NCBI GenBank assembly: GCA_964016885.1 | Contig: OZ024746.1 | Coordinates: 64,232,001-64,296,000 of the forward strand | Length of the DNA stretch: 64,000 nucleotides | Origin: Eledone cirrhosa | Lineage: Eukaryota | Direction: 5' to 3' | Part shown: positions 51,195 through 63,105 of the stretch, one piece after another | Layout of the letters: each line of letters begins with the position of its first letter | Position numbering within the stretch: position 1 is the first letter of the stretch | The notes under the pieces: model-generated | Database searches by the model: none | Told to the model about the DNA's origin: nothing | What the model saw: only the letters and a program-made list of their open reading frames with translations | Position numbers and translations under genes: made by a program

Positions 51195-54075
51195 CCGACA
51201 GTGACTATATAATTATTGCTGGCGACCTAAATGGCCACGTTGGACAACATTGTGACGGCTATGACGGAATCCACGGAGGCTATGGGTTTGGTACTAGAAA
51301 TGAGGAAGGCTCCAGAATCCTGGAATTCTGTGATGCAAATAACCTAACTATCTGTAACACTAACTTCAAAAAACGAGACAATCACTTGATTACCTACAGA
51401 TCAGGAGAACATACCAGCCAGGTAGATTATATCCTTACCAGAAGACATGACAGAGTGTCTGTTGTAAACACTAAATCCCTCCCCCATGAAGAATGCACCT
51501 CCCAACATAGACTGATAATTAGCGACTTCATAGTCAGGACGAGACATACTAGACAGCTGAAGAGGACTATCCTCAGGGGAGAAAAGTATGGAAGCTAAAG
51601 GACCCCACAGTCAGAAATAAATTTAAAAGCATATTACTTGATGCTTTCGACAGTAAGGAAGAGCAATTAGAGTCGTACAATATAGAGGAACAGTGGGAAT
51701 TCCTGAAAGCAAACCTGCTGATGGCGGCAGACGAAGTCTGTGGCTGGAGCAGGCCTGTAGGCAGGAGGAGAGTAACATGGTGGTGGAATAGTAAGGTGGA
51801 GGAGTCAATTAAGGCCAAAAAGCAAGCTTCGAAAGTATGGCGGGATGGGGGAAGTAGAGAAGACTATCAAGTGGCCAGGAGGGAAGCTAGGACACAAGTG
51901 TACTTCGCAAGAAGGGAAGCAGAGGAAAGAAAGTTCAAGCATGTTCTACAACGCGAGGACCAAAAACGTGAGGTGTTCAGGATTGCTAGGCAATGTGTCA
52001 AGGAAAACCGTGATATTGTCGGGGAGAAGTGTGTACTTAATGATAATGGCGTACTTGCCATCACTGACGCTGATAAGAAGGTAGCTTGGAAGTGTCACTA
52101 CGAAAGGCTACTAAATGAGGAGAATAAATGGGAGAAAGACAGTCTCCCCCACATCGACCCAATAGAGGGACCAGCAGTGTTAGTCGAAGGTAGTATAATA
52201 AGTAAGGCAATCAAAGATATGAAGACGGGTAAAGCGGCTGGGCCTTCGGAAATAGTTGCTGAGATGCTGAAAGCCTCTGGCACGTTGGGACACACTATGG
52301 TCACCCGGATAGTAAACCAAGTCATACAGAATGGGGTTGTTCCAAAGGACTGGCGTAACAGCATCATCATTAACTGCTACAAGAGTAAAGGAGACGCCCT
52401 AGATAGGAGTAACTATAGAGGCATTAAATTAATCGACCAGGTCATGAAGGTCACGGAAAAAGTAATAGCGCAACTAATCAGAGAGAGAATTGATCTAGAT
52501 GAAATGCAATTCGGGTTTGTGTCAGGCAAAAGTACCACAGACGCTCTTTTCATTGTACGACAACTACAGGAGAAGTACCTAGCTAAAAGTAAACCCCTAT
52601 ACTTAGCTTTTGTCGACTTGGCGAAAGCCTTCGACAGAGTCCCCATTCCATTATCTGGTGGGCTCTTAGAAAACTAGGTCTTGATGAATGGCTTATGAGA
52701 GCTATACAAGCCATGTATAAAGAAACAGTCAGCAAGGTTAGAATTAACAACGAATATAGTGAAGAGTTTAGCTTAAAAGTTGGTGTTCATCAAGGCTCTG
52801 TTCTTAGCCCCCTACTATTTATTATTGCCCTTCAGGCTATAACAGTGGAGTTCAAGACCGGCTGCTCATGGGAACTCCTATACGCAGATGATCTAATGCT
52901 CATAGCTGAATCAATGGCCGAGCTAGAGAAGAAATTCCAAACATGGAAGCACGGCCTAGAATCAAAAGACCTTAAAATTAACCTGGCTAAGACTAAAGTT
53001 CTAGTTTGTAGGAAAGAAAATAAGGCGCCGGTCCCTTCCGGGAAATGGCCATGCTTAGTGTGTAGGAAAGGCGTAGGTAGAAACTCTATTTTATGTCCCA
53101 AATGCAAAGTATGGGTGCATAAAAGATGTAGTGGGATCACAGGTAGCTAACTAAGAACATAGATTTTACATGTGGCCGGTGCTCTGGTGCAATAAGTAGC
53201 AGCAAGTGCCCACAAAATACTAGCTCTTTCAATTGCGCAGAGGGTTCTATAGAAATAGTGGACAGCTTCCGTTACCTGGGTGACAAAATCAGCAGTGGGG
53301 GAGGGTGCTCTGAAAGTACAGTAGCTAGAGTCAGAACTGGATGGAAAAAGTTCAGAGAGCTTATACCACTATTAGCCGCTAAAGGGTTCTCCCTAAAAAT
53401 GAAAGGCAGGCTGTATGATGCCTGCATACGAACAGCGATGTTACATGGCAGTGAGACATGGGCATTGTGTGCAGAGGATATACGCAGACTAGAGAGGAAC
53501 GAAGCTTGTATGCTCCGCTGGATGTTTAATAGTAATATACGTGAACGGCAAAGCATAAACGAACTAAGGGAAAAATTAGAAATAAGAGGGATCAGATGTT
53601 GTTTACTCGAGAGAAGGCTACGTTGGTATGGTCACGTGATGCGCATGAAAGACGACAGCTGTATAAAAAAGTGCAGGGCAATAAAGATAGATGGTAGCCA
53701 CGGAGTAGGCAGACCCAGAAAAACCTGGGACGACCTGATAAATTCCGACCTCACACACTTACACCTCTCCAAGACAATGTAAAGTTATGTTGGTGCCACA
53801 ACATCCAGGCCGAAACAAATGAGATCGTGTAGGTGTCACGACAAAAAAAACACAGTCCACGCTGTAATGTGGCCGTGTAGGCAACACGGTAAAAACCTCC
53901 CAGCCCCACACTGTAAATGTGGTTGGTGTTAGGAAGGGCATCCAGTCGTAGAAAACCTGCCAGACAGTCCTATGCGAGCAAGACAACCACTCTTGCCTCA
54001 AGTGGGAAAACTCCCGTCCAAACCCATGCAAGCGTGGAACATGGACGTTAAACGATGATGATGATGATGATGATG
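51194..54075 (+). mobile_element. 5'-truncated RTE-clade LINE (APE endonuclease C-terminus, RT, Cys-rich insert, 3' UTR, (GAT)n tail)
   Basis: IIAGDLNGHVG..RNEEGSRILEFC..SQVDYIL; NYRGIKL..QFGF..AFVDLAKAFDRVP; HQGSVLSPLLF..YADD; WYGHVMRM..GRPRKTW. About 3 frameshifts (~51575, ~52650, ~53150). Confidence 0.96.
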
Positions 54076-54368
54076 ATATATATATATATATATATATATC
54101 AGTGTAATAGATTTTAAATTAACTATATAATATATCAATGCATTCTTCAAATCTTAGATATAAATTTGATTATCATGTTTAATCTTCTTGTATACTAAAT
54201 TACATAAGCTATTCAAACATACAATACTCAGCTGTAGCTCTTATAAATTACTAGTATTAGGTTTGGTTGGTCTATAACAATAATTCAGTTCATTAACTAT
54301 TTACTCTGGTTTCCAATAATGTATCTAAGTAGATAACTGTGAACATCACTTGACACTCAGTAGACATA

Positions 54369-54399
<31 letters not shown>

Positions 54400-54458
54400 G
54401 ATATATAGATATAAATATATATGGATATATGTATATATATATATATATATATACATAT

Positions 54459-55251
54459 ATTTTTATTCGTTTGACCCGAATTACTTGATCGTTTTTTTTG
54501 GCTGTGCGGATGATTGTTTGACCATCGTTTCAGTGTGTTTAGCCTTTAACGTATGTTGTAGCTCTGGTTTTTCTGAACCATTGAGCACTTGCCACACATC
54601 CCGGAGGTTGTTTTTCGTTATTTCGTAGGCCGAAGTATGATTCTCGATAATTTATATTTGTATTAATCTCCAGGATCTAGCTATTGACCAGTTAATTTTC
54701 TTGATTTGTTGGTTGATTCTATTGACGGATGAATAGCTTATGTTAATTTTAACCCTTCTGTTGAGAACTCTATTCGATTTGTGATTTTTTGCATTCTTGC
54801 AATAATATACACAACTGAATTTATTCGCCTGATATAGGGGTTGCCTCCCTTGCCGATCCCCACGTGGGGTCAGTAATAGTCAGTCCTTGTATCAGCATTG
54901 AACAAAAACATGTTGAAAAAGTGGCTTCCTTGTTCAATCATCTTACCAGAAGCCTAACATTTTTTATGTAAGCGGACAGTACTTGATTTAGGAGTTGCAG
55001 ATTTTACCAACCTTCCAGGGGTCCGGGTAAATTTTCAATCACATATATTTTTATTTGTTTGACTCGAATTACTTGATCGTTTTTTGGGGGCTGTGCGGAT
55101 GATTGTTTGACCATCGTCTCAGTGTGTTTGGCCTTTAACGTATGTTGTAGCTCTAGTTTTTCTGAACCATTGAGCACTTGCCACACATCTCGGAGGTTGT
55201 TTTTCGTTATTTCATAGGCTGAAATACGATTCTCGATAATTTATATTTGTA
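54459..55251 (-). mobile_element. Penelope-like fragment with ~205-bp direct terminal repeats
   Basis: 54459-54662 is repeated at 55042-55251. Minus strand encodes KNHKSNRVLNRRVKINISYSSVNRINQQIKKIN, resembling the PLE post-RT 'KIFNRNTVKISYS' region. Flanked by (TA)n. Confidence 0.65.
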
Positions 55252-55257
55252 TATATG

Positions 55258-55318
<61 letters not shown>

Positions 55319-55352
55319 ATATATATATACACACACACATATATATATCTAT

Positions 55353-56078
55353 CTAAGGCGGGTAAAATTCCCGAGATCCATGGACGAGTTCTCTCCAGCG
55401 GTCTCTGTCCCTCATTATCGCTGCCATATCCTGCATCTCCAACAGACCAGTGTCTGTCCTTAGGGCATCAACATATGTTAACCTTGGTCTTCCTCTTCTA
55501 GTGTGTCCATGTAGGGGCTCCCAAAGGAGCACTGAGTGCAATGTCAACTCTGGATGTCGGTGAGCATGTCCAGCCAACCTCAGTCTCCTCTGTGTCACTT
55601 TTGATCTGACTTTTGGGATGCTCCCATACAGCTCTGAGTTTTTCATCCTCAGTGTATACTGATTAATGTTCAGAGCCATCCTCAGCATTCTCGTGTAGCA
55701 CCCATCCACCATCTGAGTGAGTCTCTTGGTCAGTGTCCAAGTCTCAGACCCATACAGCAGCACAGACTCCACTACAGCAATGAAGAGGCGGATTTTCAGG
55801 TCTCTACGAAGGTCCGACTTCCACACCGATCTCAAGCTGTGACACGCCGCCCAGGCCTTGCTCTTCCTCTCAACTACATCATCTTCCGTATTCCCAATCT
55901 TTGCTCCCAAATACAGGAAGTCCTCAACCAATTCCAGCGGCTTCCCGCCTACATTAGTGATCCCTTCTGGCTTCTCAACATTCTCTACCAGATATTTTGT
56001 TTTAGTCTCATTCATTCTCAGCGCCACACTCATCGACACAGTCTCAACCTCCCGCATCAAATCCTCTGCCTCCTTCAT
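55353..56078 (-). mobile_element. LINE (RTE-like) ORF C-terminal fragment, uninterrupted
   Basis: LRMNETKTKY..VEDFLYLG..KIRLFIAVVESVLLYGSETW..RRLRLAGH..GRPRLTYVD, with (TA)n on both sides. Confidence 0.9.
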
Positions 56079-56094
56079 ATATATATATACATAT

Positions 56095-56152
<58 letters not shown>

Positions 56153-56268
56153 TAATAAAAGGAATTCCAATTTTGTCTGATTTACTCATTTTATTTACAA
56201 TCCTTTAAAATTTATAATGGTATTAGAATGAAATAGTATGGTAGAATATTAAATGTTAAGTGTTAATT

Positions 56269-56305
56269 GAACAAGTACTGTCATGCTTTCGCAATCTTCA
56301 GGTTC
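56269..56305 (-). ncRNA. Minimal hammerhead motif with one core substitution
   Basis: Minus strand: gaac-CTGAAGA-ttgc(gaaa)gcat-GACA-gtac-TT-gttc; stem III AGTACT palindrome. Confidence 0.6.
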
Positions 56306-56515
56306 ATATTCTGTGGTGACAGTCAAGTTTGCAATTTTCAACTTATAATAAATGGCTCAACTTATAATAAAAAAGAAATAGCTTTATACAATATGTATAA
56401 ATATTTCGTATCTCCAAGGAAATACGGTTTTAGGAAGCCGTAGCTATGCAAACGCCAGGGGGGGGGGGGTCTAACGCCCTCTGGTGATAAGTTGAGCCAA
56501 CTTATGCAGCTTCAT

Positions 56516-56592
56516 ATGCAAATGAGATTAATCACCTCATTTACACAGACGAGAAAAGTATATATTCTCAGCTGTCTTCTAGTCCAGCAGTC
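56516..56592 (+). promoter_or_regulatory. Candidate internal promoter (octamer ATGCAAAT, TATA, initiator-like CAGTC)
   Basis: ATGCAAAT at 56516-56523, TATATA at 56559, and the A of cAgtc at 56589, 30 nt after the TATA start. Confidence 0.4.
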
Positions 56593-56605
56593 GCAAGCAG
56601 TGGGA

Positions 56606-56658
56606 GGGACGGTCCTGACGAAGGCCAGTTAAGCCTGAAATGCATAGAAAGTTGTCCC
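56606..56658 (+). ncRNA. Minimal type-I hammerhead ribozyme
   Basis: gggacggtc-CTGACGA-aggc(cagttaa)gcct-GAAA-tgca-TA-ga(aag)ttgtccc. Core intact, stem III ATGCAT palindrome, predicted cleavage after 56646. Confidence 0.85.
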
Positions 56659-56853
56659 CCTTGTTTCTGCTGGACATCACCAGAGGGCGTTAGCCCCCCC
56701 CCCCCCCCCCCCCGTGTTTGCATAGCTACGGCTTCCTAAAACCGTATTTCCTTGGAGATACGAAATATTTATACATATTTATATACATATATATATATAT
56801 ACATATATAAATATATACACATATAAATATATACACATATATATTTATATACA

Positions 56854-56893
<40 letters not shown>

Positions 56894-57045
56894 GAGGGGC
56901 GTTTTTATGAATGCTTGTATCTATTTGTGAATATAGTTTTATGATATATATGTATGTGTGTTTTGTATCCAGTGTCCATTAAAGATAAACTTCACTCTAA
57001 TGGTATTTGTTATTACATACACACATGCATCTATGTGTATGTCTG

Positions 57046-57076
<31 letters not shown>

Positions 57077-57087
57077 GTTTTTTTTTA

Positions 57088-57397
57088 TCTGGGAGTGAAA
57101 GGCCCCCAGTTGTTGTCACTACACCGTTCTTGGAGAGGGAAACTCTGAAAAAAAACCTGCGGCTTCAGAAGCACCCGATGATGTTGACCAATTCCCCTTT
57201 TCGGGTAGTGTTTTCGATGCTCAGAGAGTGGGATTGGGCGAGTGCAAGGCCTTTCCCCGCTTAAAAAGCCTTCAAAGCACAGGCATTGCTTGTTCAGGAT
57301 ATGTTACAGTTTCAGGTGGTTGGCCGTAGCCTAAAACTGCACCAAACTCTATAAACTGACAAGCAATTGCAATACTCTTAGCAGAGTTTGCAGCCAT
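57088..57397 (+). mobile_element. Nin-domain-like SINE fragment
   Basis: ggagagggaaactctgaaaa..acctgc..gcaaggcctttccccgcttaaaaagcc..gcacaggc. Confidence 0.5.
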
Positions 57398-57419
57398 TAT
57401 ATATGTGTGTGTGTGTGCC

Positions 57420-57450
<31 letters not shown>

Positions 57451-57699
57451 ACAGTGATGGACTAGCCAGATTGTCAGCTTACCTGATGGCAAGTGGGCCC
57501 CTCGGGGACCTATGGTAATATTTTAGGGGCAATGCAAAACCTTTTCTTTCTCAGAAAATATCATAAGTCCTAGAGAATGAATAATAAACTACAGAATAAT
57601 AAACTACAGTTGACCAGTTGATCATGTATTGCTCATACAGGTCTATATTTTGGTTTTGTTTCTATTGCAGGATGGTCTTCCCAACACCATCTATATTAC

Positions 57700-57910
57700 A
57701 GTGTGGACTGCTTGCTTTTTATTGTGGAACCAAATCAATCATCTAACAGGGTGAATTGGGTGCTTTTTGTCATGTCACCAACACAACCACCTTATAGGGA
57801 AGACTGGGTGCTTTTTCTGTGTCACAAAGACGACTGCTTGATAGGCATGATAGACTGGGTGCTTTGTTGTTGTATCATCAGATTACCAGACAGGGTGGAC
57901 TTTGTCCTTT
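57700..57910 (+). repeat. Degenerate ~42-bp repeats of the RTE-UTR module (also 40225-40370)
   Basis: Recurring (g)tggactgggtgctttt motif. Confidence 0.6.
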
Positions 57911-58044
57911 TTTTTAATATATATATAATAAATAACCACTAGTTATCGCTATACATGGCTGAATATAAATCAGGCCAATCGGTCACTGTATATTTCAGAA
58001 AATATATATTTTCACTAGCTCTGACAGTCAGCAGGTAAGCAGTA

Positions 58045-58093
58045 AACTGCACTGATGAAGGGTAATCCCTCAGAAACATTAGTGTCTACAGTT
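58045..58093 (+). ncRNA. Minimal hammerhead motif
   Basis: aactgca-CTGATGA-aggg(taat)ccct-ca-GAAA-cattagtg-TC-tacagtt. GUC cleavage triplet; 2 extra nt before GAAA. Confidence 0.65.
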
Positions 58094-58240
58094 CTGTTTG
58101 CATGCCAACACAAGAGCAAGAATGAGGGGCTCATTCTACTGATATGGCTTATAAAAGAGGCTGTTTGCATAATTGCAAACAAATCAAATATTATTATTAA
58201 TATTCGAAAAACTCAGATTACATTTATATATATAAATATA

Positions 58241-58593
58241 TGGAGGCACATAGCTTAGTGGTTAGAGTATTGGCCTTGCATTCAAAAGGTTGTGAGTTCA
58301 ATTCTCAGACTGGGTGATGTGTTGTTTCCTTGAGCAAGACACTTTATTTCACATTGCTCCAGTTTACTCAGCTGTAGAAATGAGATGATAAGGACTGGTG
58401 TCCATATCATTCCACTGCAAAGTGGTCGTGCAGGTGCCACGGCAAAAAAGCACCCAGCACTCACTGTAAATGAGGTTGGTGTTAGGAAGGGCATCCAGCT
58501 GTAGAAATCAAGCCAGAATCAGTTCCCGTCCCACCCTTGCAAGCAGGGAAAAGCAGACGTAAAATGAAATGATGATGATGATGATGATGATGA
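58241..58593 (+). mobile_element. Composite tRNA/RTE-tail SINE
   Basis: Near-identical to 3380-3715. Confidence 0.8.
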
Positions 58594-58677
58594 TATATAT
58601 ATATGTCCATTTTTTTTTTTCTAACTCATGCTGGCATGGAAAAATGGACGTAAAATGGTGATGATGATGATGATGAT

Positions 58678-58729
<52 letters not shown>

Positions 58730-59574
58730 AACTGTATAGTGCTACTTATCCAATATCTGCATTGCTTTATTGTACTACAATAAAACTCACCTCCTAAATA
58801 TATATATATTTAAATAAATATTTTTCAAACTTGGACAATACTGTAATGCCCTAGAGTATCAAAGACTGTGTGATTATGGCCACTCCCTTGTTGTTTAATG
58901 GTGTTAGGAATATTTTCCTGAATCAAAGTGAACTCCTGAGATATAGCAGGGACATGGTGATATATGGACAAACATCATGGGATGAAAGCAGAAATTGTTT
59001 GCTTAAACTTTTAATCTGTCCTAATAATTAACACACACACACACACACACAAGTTTGTTCTGTTTTCATTTTATTCTATCTCCATTCTATATGATTTTCT
59101 CAAATATTGGGATAGACTATTATTTGGGTCAATTGTATTAGTATGCACACATTACACACTCTCACACTCACACCCATATCATCATCATCATCAGCAGCAG
59201 CTTTTAATGTCCATTTTCTATGCTAGTATGGGTTAGATGAGCTGTCCTTTTGTGAAACAAGCCAGGTTGGATGACTGTGTTTTGCTCATACACAACCGAT
59301 TTTGACTTGGTTTCTATGGCTGGATGCCCTTCCTAACACCAACTACATTTACAGTGTGTACTGGGGACTTGAATGGGGGAAGTACATGGGAATTGGAGAG
59401 GTAAGATCTAGGGTCATGGGTGAGGGGTGAGGTGTTAGAACGTGGGTGGTGTGTTACGATGAGGGGGTGTATGGGAGGGGTTATGGAGGGGTATGTAGCA
59501 CATACTAGATGTATGCCTCAGCCCATGGGATATATATACTTATATATATGTGTGTGTGTGTATATCATCATAAT

Positions 59575-59880
59575 CATCATCATCATCTTCGTTTAACGTC
59601 CATTTTCCACGCTAGCATGGGTTAGGCGGGAGTTGTCCCACTTGAGGCAAGGTTGGTCAGGTGACCGTGTCTTGCTCATATAGGACTATCTGGCAGGTTT
59701 TCTACGGCTGGATGCCCTTCTTAACACCAACCACATTTACAGTGTAGAACTGGGAACTTTTTACCGTGTTACCTACACGGCCACATTACAGCGTGGACTG
59801 TGTGTTTTTTTCTCGTGACACTTACATGATCTCGATCACATTATCTCATTTATTTGGACTGGATGTTGTGGTACCAACTT
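59575..59880 (-). mobile_element. RTE LINE 3' UTR copy
   Basis: Matches 53788-54060 in reverse complement. Confidence 0.85.
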
Positions 59881-61157
59881 TACAGAGAGAGAGTGGTGTT
59901 GGTGGGAGTGGAAGGATAGGGTAGGGGTAGCGGATTGTGGTGTATATTTGGTTAAGAGGTCCCTACTGACTGTATATGTGTGTAGATATGTATATATTCT
60001 GTGCAATTTTCCTTTTGTGTTATTCCTGATGAAGGGAAAATGTCTGATTCGTTGACTATGTAACTCATTCTTCTTCCGCCAAGCGTGAAACTAATAGACT
60101 TCATGTAATTGCATCCTCTTGTTTGTTCGTTTCATGTTCCCTTGACTTATATGCATATATGTATGTATGCATGTATGTTTGTATATATGTACGTGTGTGT
60201 GTGTGGGGGGGTGTACAAAAAAACCACACTCACATATACACATGATCATTATAAAGTTCTTAGGGTATTTTAAAATTATAAATTTTATAACTTTGGTTTT
60301 GTAACTTTAGTTTTATATGTAATAGAATTAATCTGCTAAGAACATTTAGATGCCTGATGCATATAATTTAACATCGTCAAAAAAATATAGTTATAATTAT
60401 TTTATTGTCCTCATCATTATAAATTTATGTCTGGTTTCCATAACGGAAGGCAATATTTCTCAAATGTTAAACAAATTAAGAAAGAATATCACTGACATGT
60501 TTATAACTTTTTATTATATTTATTAACAGAGCTACAGCTAACTTCCATGTTGCTACAATTGTTTCAACAACTAGCTTATATGTAAAGGAAAGGTAAAGAG
60601 TAGACATCAAATTAGACTAAGGAAACAATGTTTCCATTGGTTAGCCCTTCCATGGGTGATATCATCTGTTAGTCACAACTCCTGGCAGAACAGGGATGAG
60701 ATTTGTACTCAGAATGTTCAGAGACAGAGAAATACTTTAAAGCAAGGATTTCCCAAACTTTTTCCAATGCGGAACCCTTTTTGGTTCAGAAACTTTTAGG
60801 GGAACCCTAAAGTCTAATACTGTTATATGGTCGTAATATAAATACTCCTCTACCTTTTTTCACAGTTGGGAAAATTAGTCTACAGTATACCTGGAGATGG
60901 AAAAACTGGACAGATGTACCCTGTGTGGAATCAAACCCAGCATCTCTTGAATATTGGATGAATACATTAACCGTTACAATAAAGAGACACTGGATACCAG
61001 TGCAATCTTTTAAAAAGATTTAAAACCTGTAGCTAGAAGAGTAAACATAGCTGTTGACTTAAGAATCATTTGAAAAAATTGAAATGTGTGCACCCTAATG
61101 CAAATGACCTTAAAATCTTCTAAAAAGACGGAATTAGGAGCTAGCATACTTTAAAGC

Positions 61158-61339
61158 AATTTCCCAAACTTTTTCAAATGCGGAACCCTTTTTCCTTCAG
61201 AAACGTTTTCGGGGAACCACAAAGTCTAATACTGTTATATGGACATAATATAAATATACTCCATTACTTTTTTCATGGAACTCCAGACACTCCTTTGCAG
61301 AAACTTTGGGTTCCACAGAACCCACTGTGGGAACCACTG
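61158..61339. mobile_element. hAT-type MITE; its 5' half plus flank is duplicated at 60732-60862
   Basis: caatttcccaaac / gtgggaaccactg ends; TSD ctttaaag/ctttaatg. Confidence 0.65.
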
Positions 61340-61667
61340 CTTTAATGTATCCCACCAGATTCTTTAATAATTCCACCAATCTACCAGACCAGGGCTGGTA
61401 TTTCATTTTATCAATGCTAGAAAGATGAAACGCAAAATTGATTTTCATGGAATTTGAATTCAGATATCATTGAGCTAGAATATATCTCGAGGCATTTGAC
61501 ATGTCTAATTCCTCTCGTTTAATCCTTGTCTTTCCACGATTTGCTTTCAAACAGTGACAATCCATCCTTTTTTTATGTCACTCCAACTGTGACCAAGATT
61601 ATCATTCAACAAAATGGCCACCAATTCAGTGCATTTTTTCCTAGGCAATGCCAGGGAGGCTTCAAGT

Positions 61668-61699
<32 letters not shown>

Positions 61700-62929
61700 G
61701 TGTGTGTGTGTGGTGTAATAATAACTAGCTAATAAACATGTGTATGTAAATGTATTTACAATATTATATGAAACCTATATGATTGGATACATATTTAAAT
61801 TGTTTATCTGTATGCATGTGTGTGTGACAGCATTTATTGACAGATATATATATATACATACACACACAACAGCAGGGAAAAGTGGACGTAAAATGATGAT
61901 GATGATGATGATGATGATGATATATATATATATATATCCATGAGGGCAGATATGTCTGTGATTATTTGTAAATATGTGTGTGGATCATCATCATTATTTG
62001 TGAATGTAGATGTATATGTTAGAATGTACATATGTATGTATCTATGTTTATGTGAGATTGGTAAATGTACATGTCTGTACATGCTGAAAAACATGCATTA
62101 TGATGGTGGTGGGGAATAGAAAAGAGATTATCATTGAAATGATATTTCCATTCAACCATTCACTTATTAGTATTGAGCTGCTCACAACAGATCTTATGAC
62201 TTTCTTTCAGAATTCAATACATGAATAAATTCTTTTACAAAACGTTTACTACAAATTGTATCGCTTGAGTTAAAAAAAAATAATAATAATAATAATAGTA
62301 ATAATAATAGTAATGATAATAGTAATAATAATAGTAATGATAATAATAATGATAATGATAATAATAAGCAAAAACCATAACTTAACAAAGGATCAGAGGG
62401 ATAACCTATACACAGATAATGTATGTAGACATAACCTTTGGTCTGACATTGTTTGGAGTGTAAGTTCCATAAAGCTTTATAAACTGTGTAAATGGTTTTG
62501 GAAAACTTGATAAAGCAATTTTAACCTTTCATATTTTGGGACTGAACACAAAGGTTTTTGTTTATGCATTCATTCATAAATTCATTCTTGTTTTGTTTCT
62601 GATAAAATAGGTTTGTGGGGTGGTGTTTAAGTTATTTATTTATCTAATTATTTATTTATTGCCAAATGTGGATATGTGTGTGAGAAGGTTTTTAATGGGT
62701 TGTTGTTGTCTTGCCTTGAGGCACAACCAAACTGTTGTCATAGTAACTGTAATCATTTTGAGTCACACCTTGTAAGCTTAGACAGCTTCTTTTGAGGTTG
62801 TATCTATTTTAATGTGTTAGTACGTCAACAAAAGCCCCCAGTTCATCCTGTAAGGTGATAGTGCTGGTGCCACAACAAAAGCACCCAGTCCACCCTATAA
62901 GGTGGTAGTGCCAGAGTCTCAATAAAATG

Positions 62930-63105
62930 TTCCCAGTACATGCTGTAGAGTGGTTGGTGTTAAGAAAAGCATCCAACCATAGAAACCATGCTCCCAGTGC
63001 ATGCTGTAAAGTGGTTGGAATTAGGAAGGGCATCTGGCCATAGAAATTATGCTCCCAGTTCATGCTGTAAAGTGGTTGGTTTTAGGAAGGGCCTCCAGCC
63101 ATGGA
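62930..63105 (+). repeat. ~60-bp tandem triplication within an RTE-tail element
   Basis: tcccagtNcatgctgtaaagtggttggNNttaggaagggcatcNagccat x3. Confidence 0.85.

Larger units (their letters stand above)
56390..56779 (+). mobile_element. Non-coding hammerhead-bearing element bounded by ~100-bp inverted repeats (PLE-derived / retrozyme-like)
   Basis: 56390-56488 is the reverse complement of 56677-56779 except for the G/C run. Structured interior with TATA box and HHR. Confidence 0.8.

Noticed and set aside
58241-58315. tRNA-like sequence (also 3160-3232, 3640-3715 and the SINE heads)
   Set aside because: Continues into SINE core and tail with an imperfect cloverleaf; these are SINE heads, not tRNA genes.
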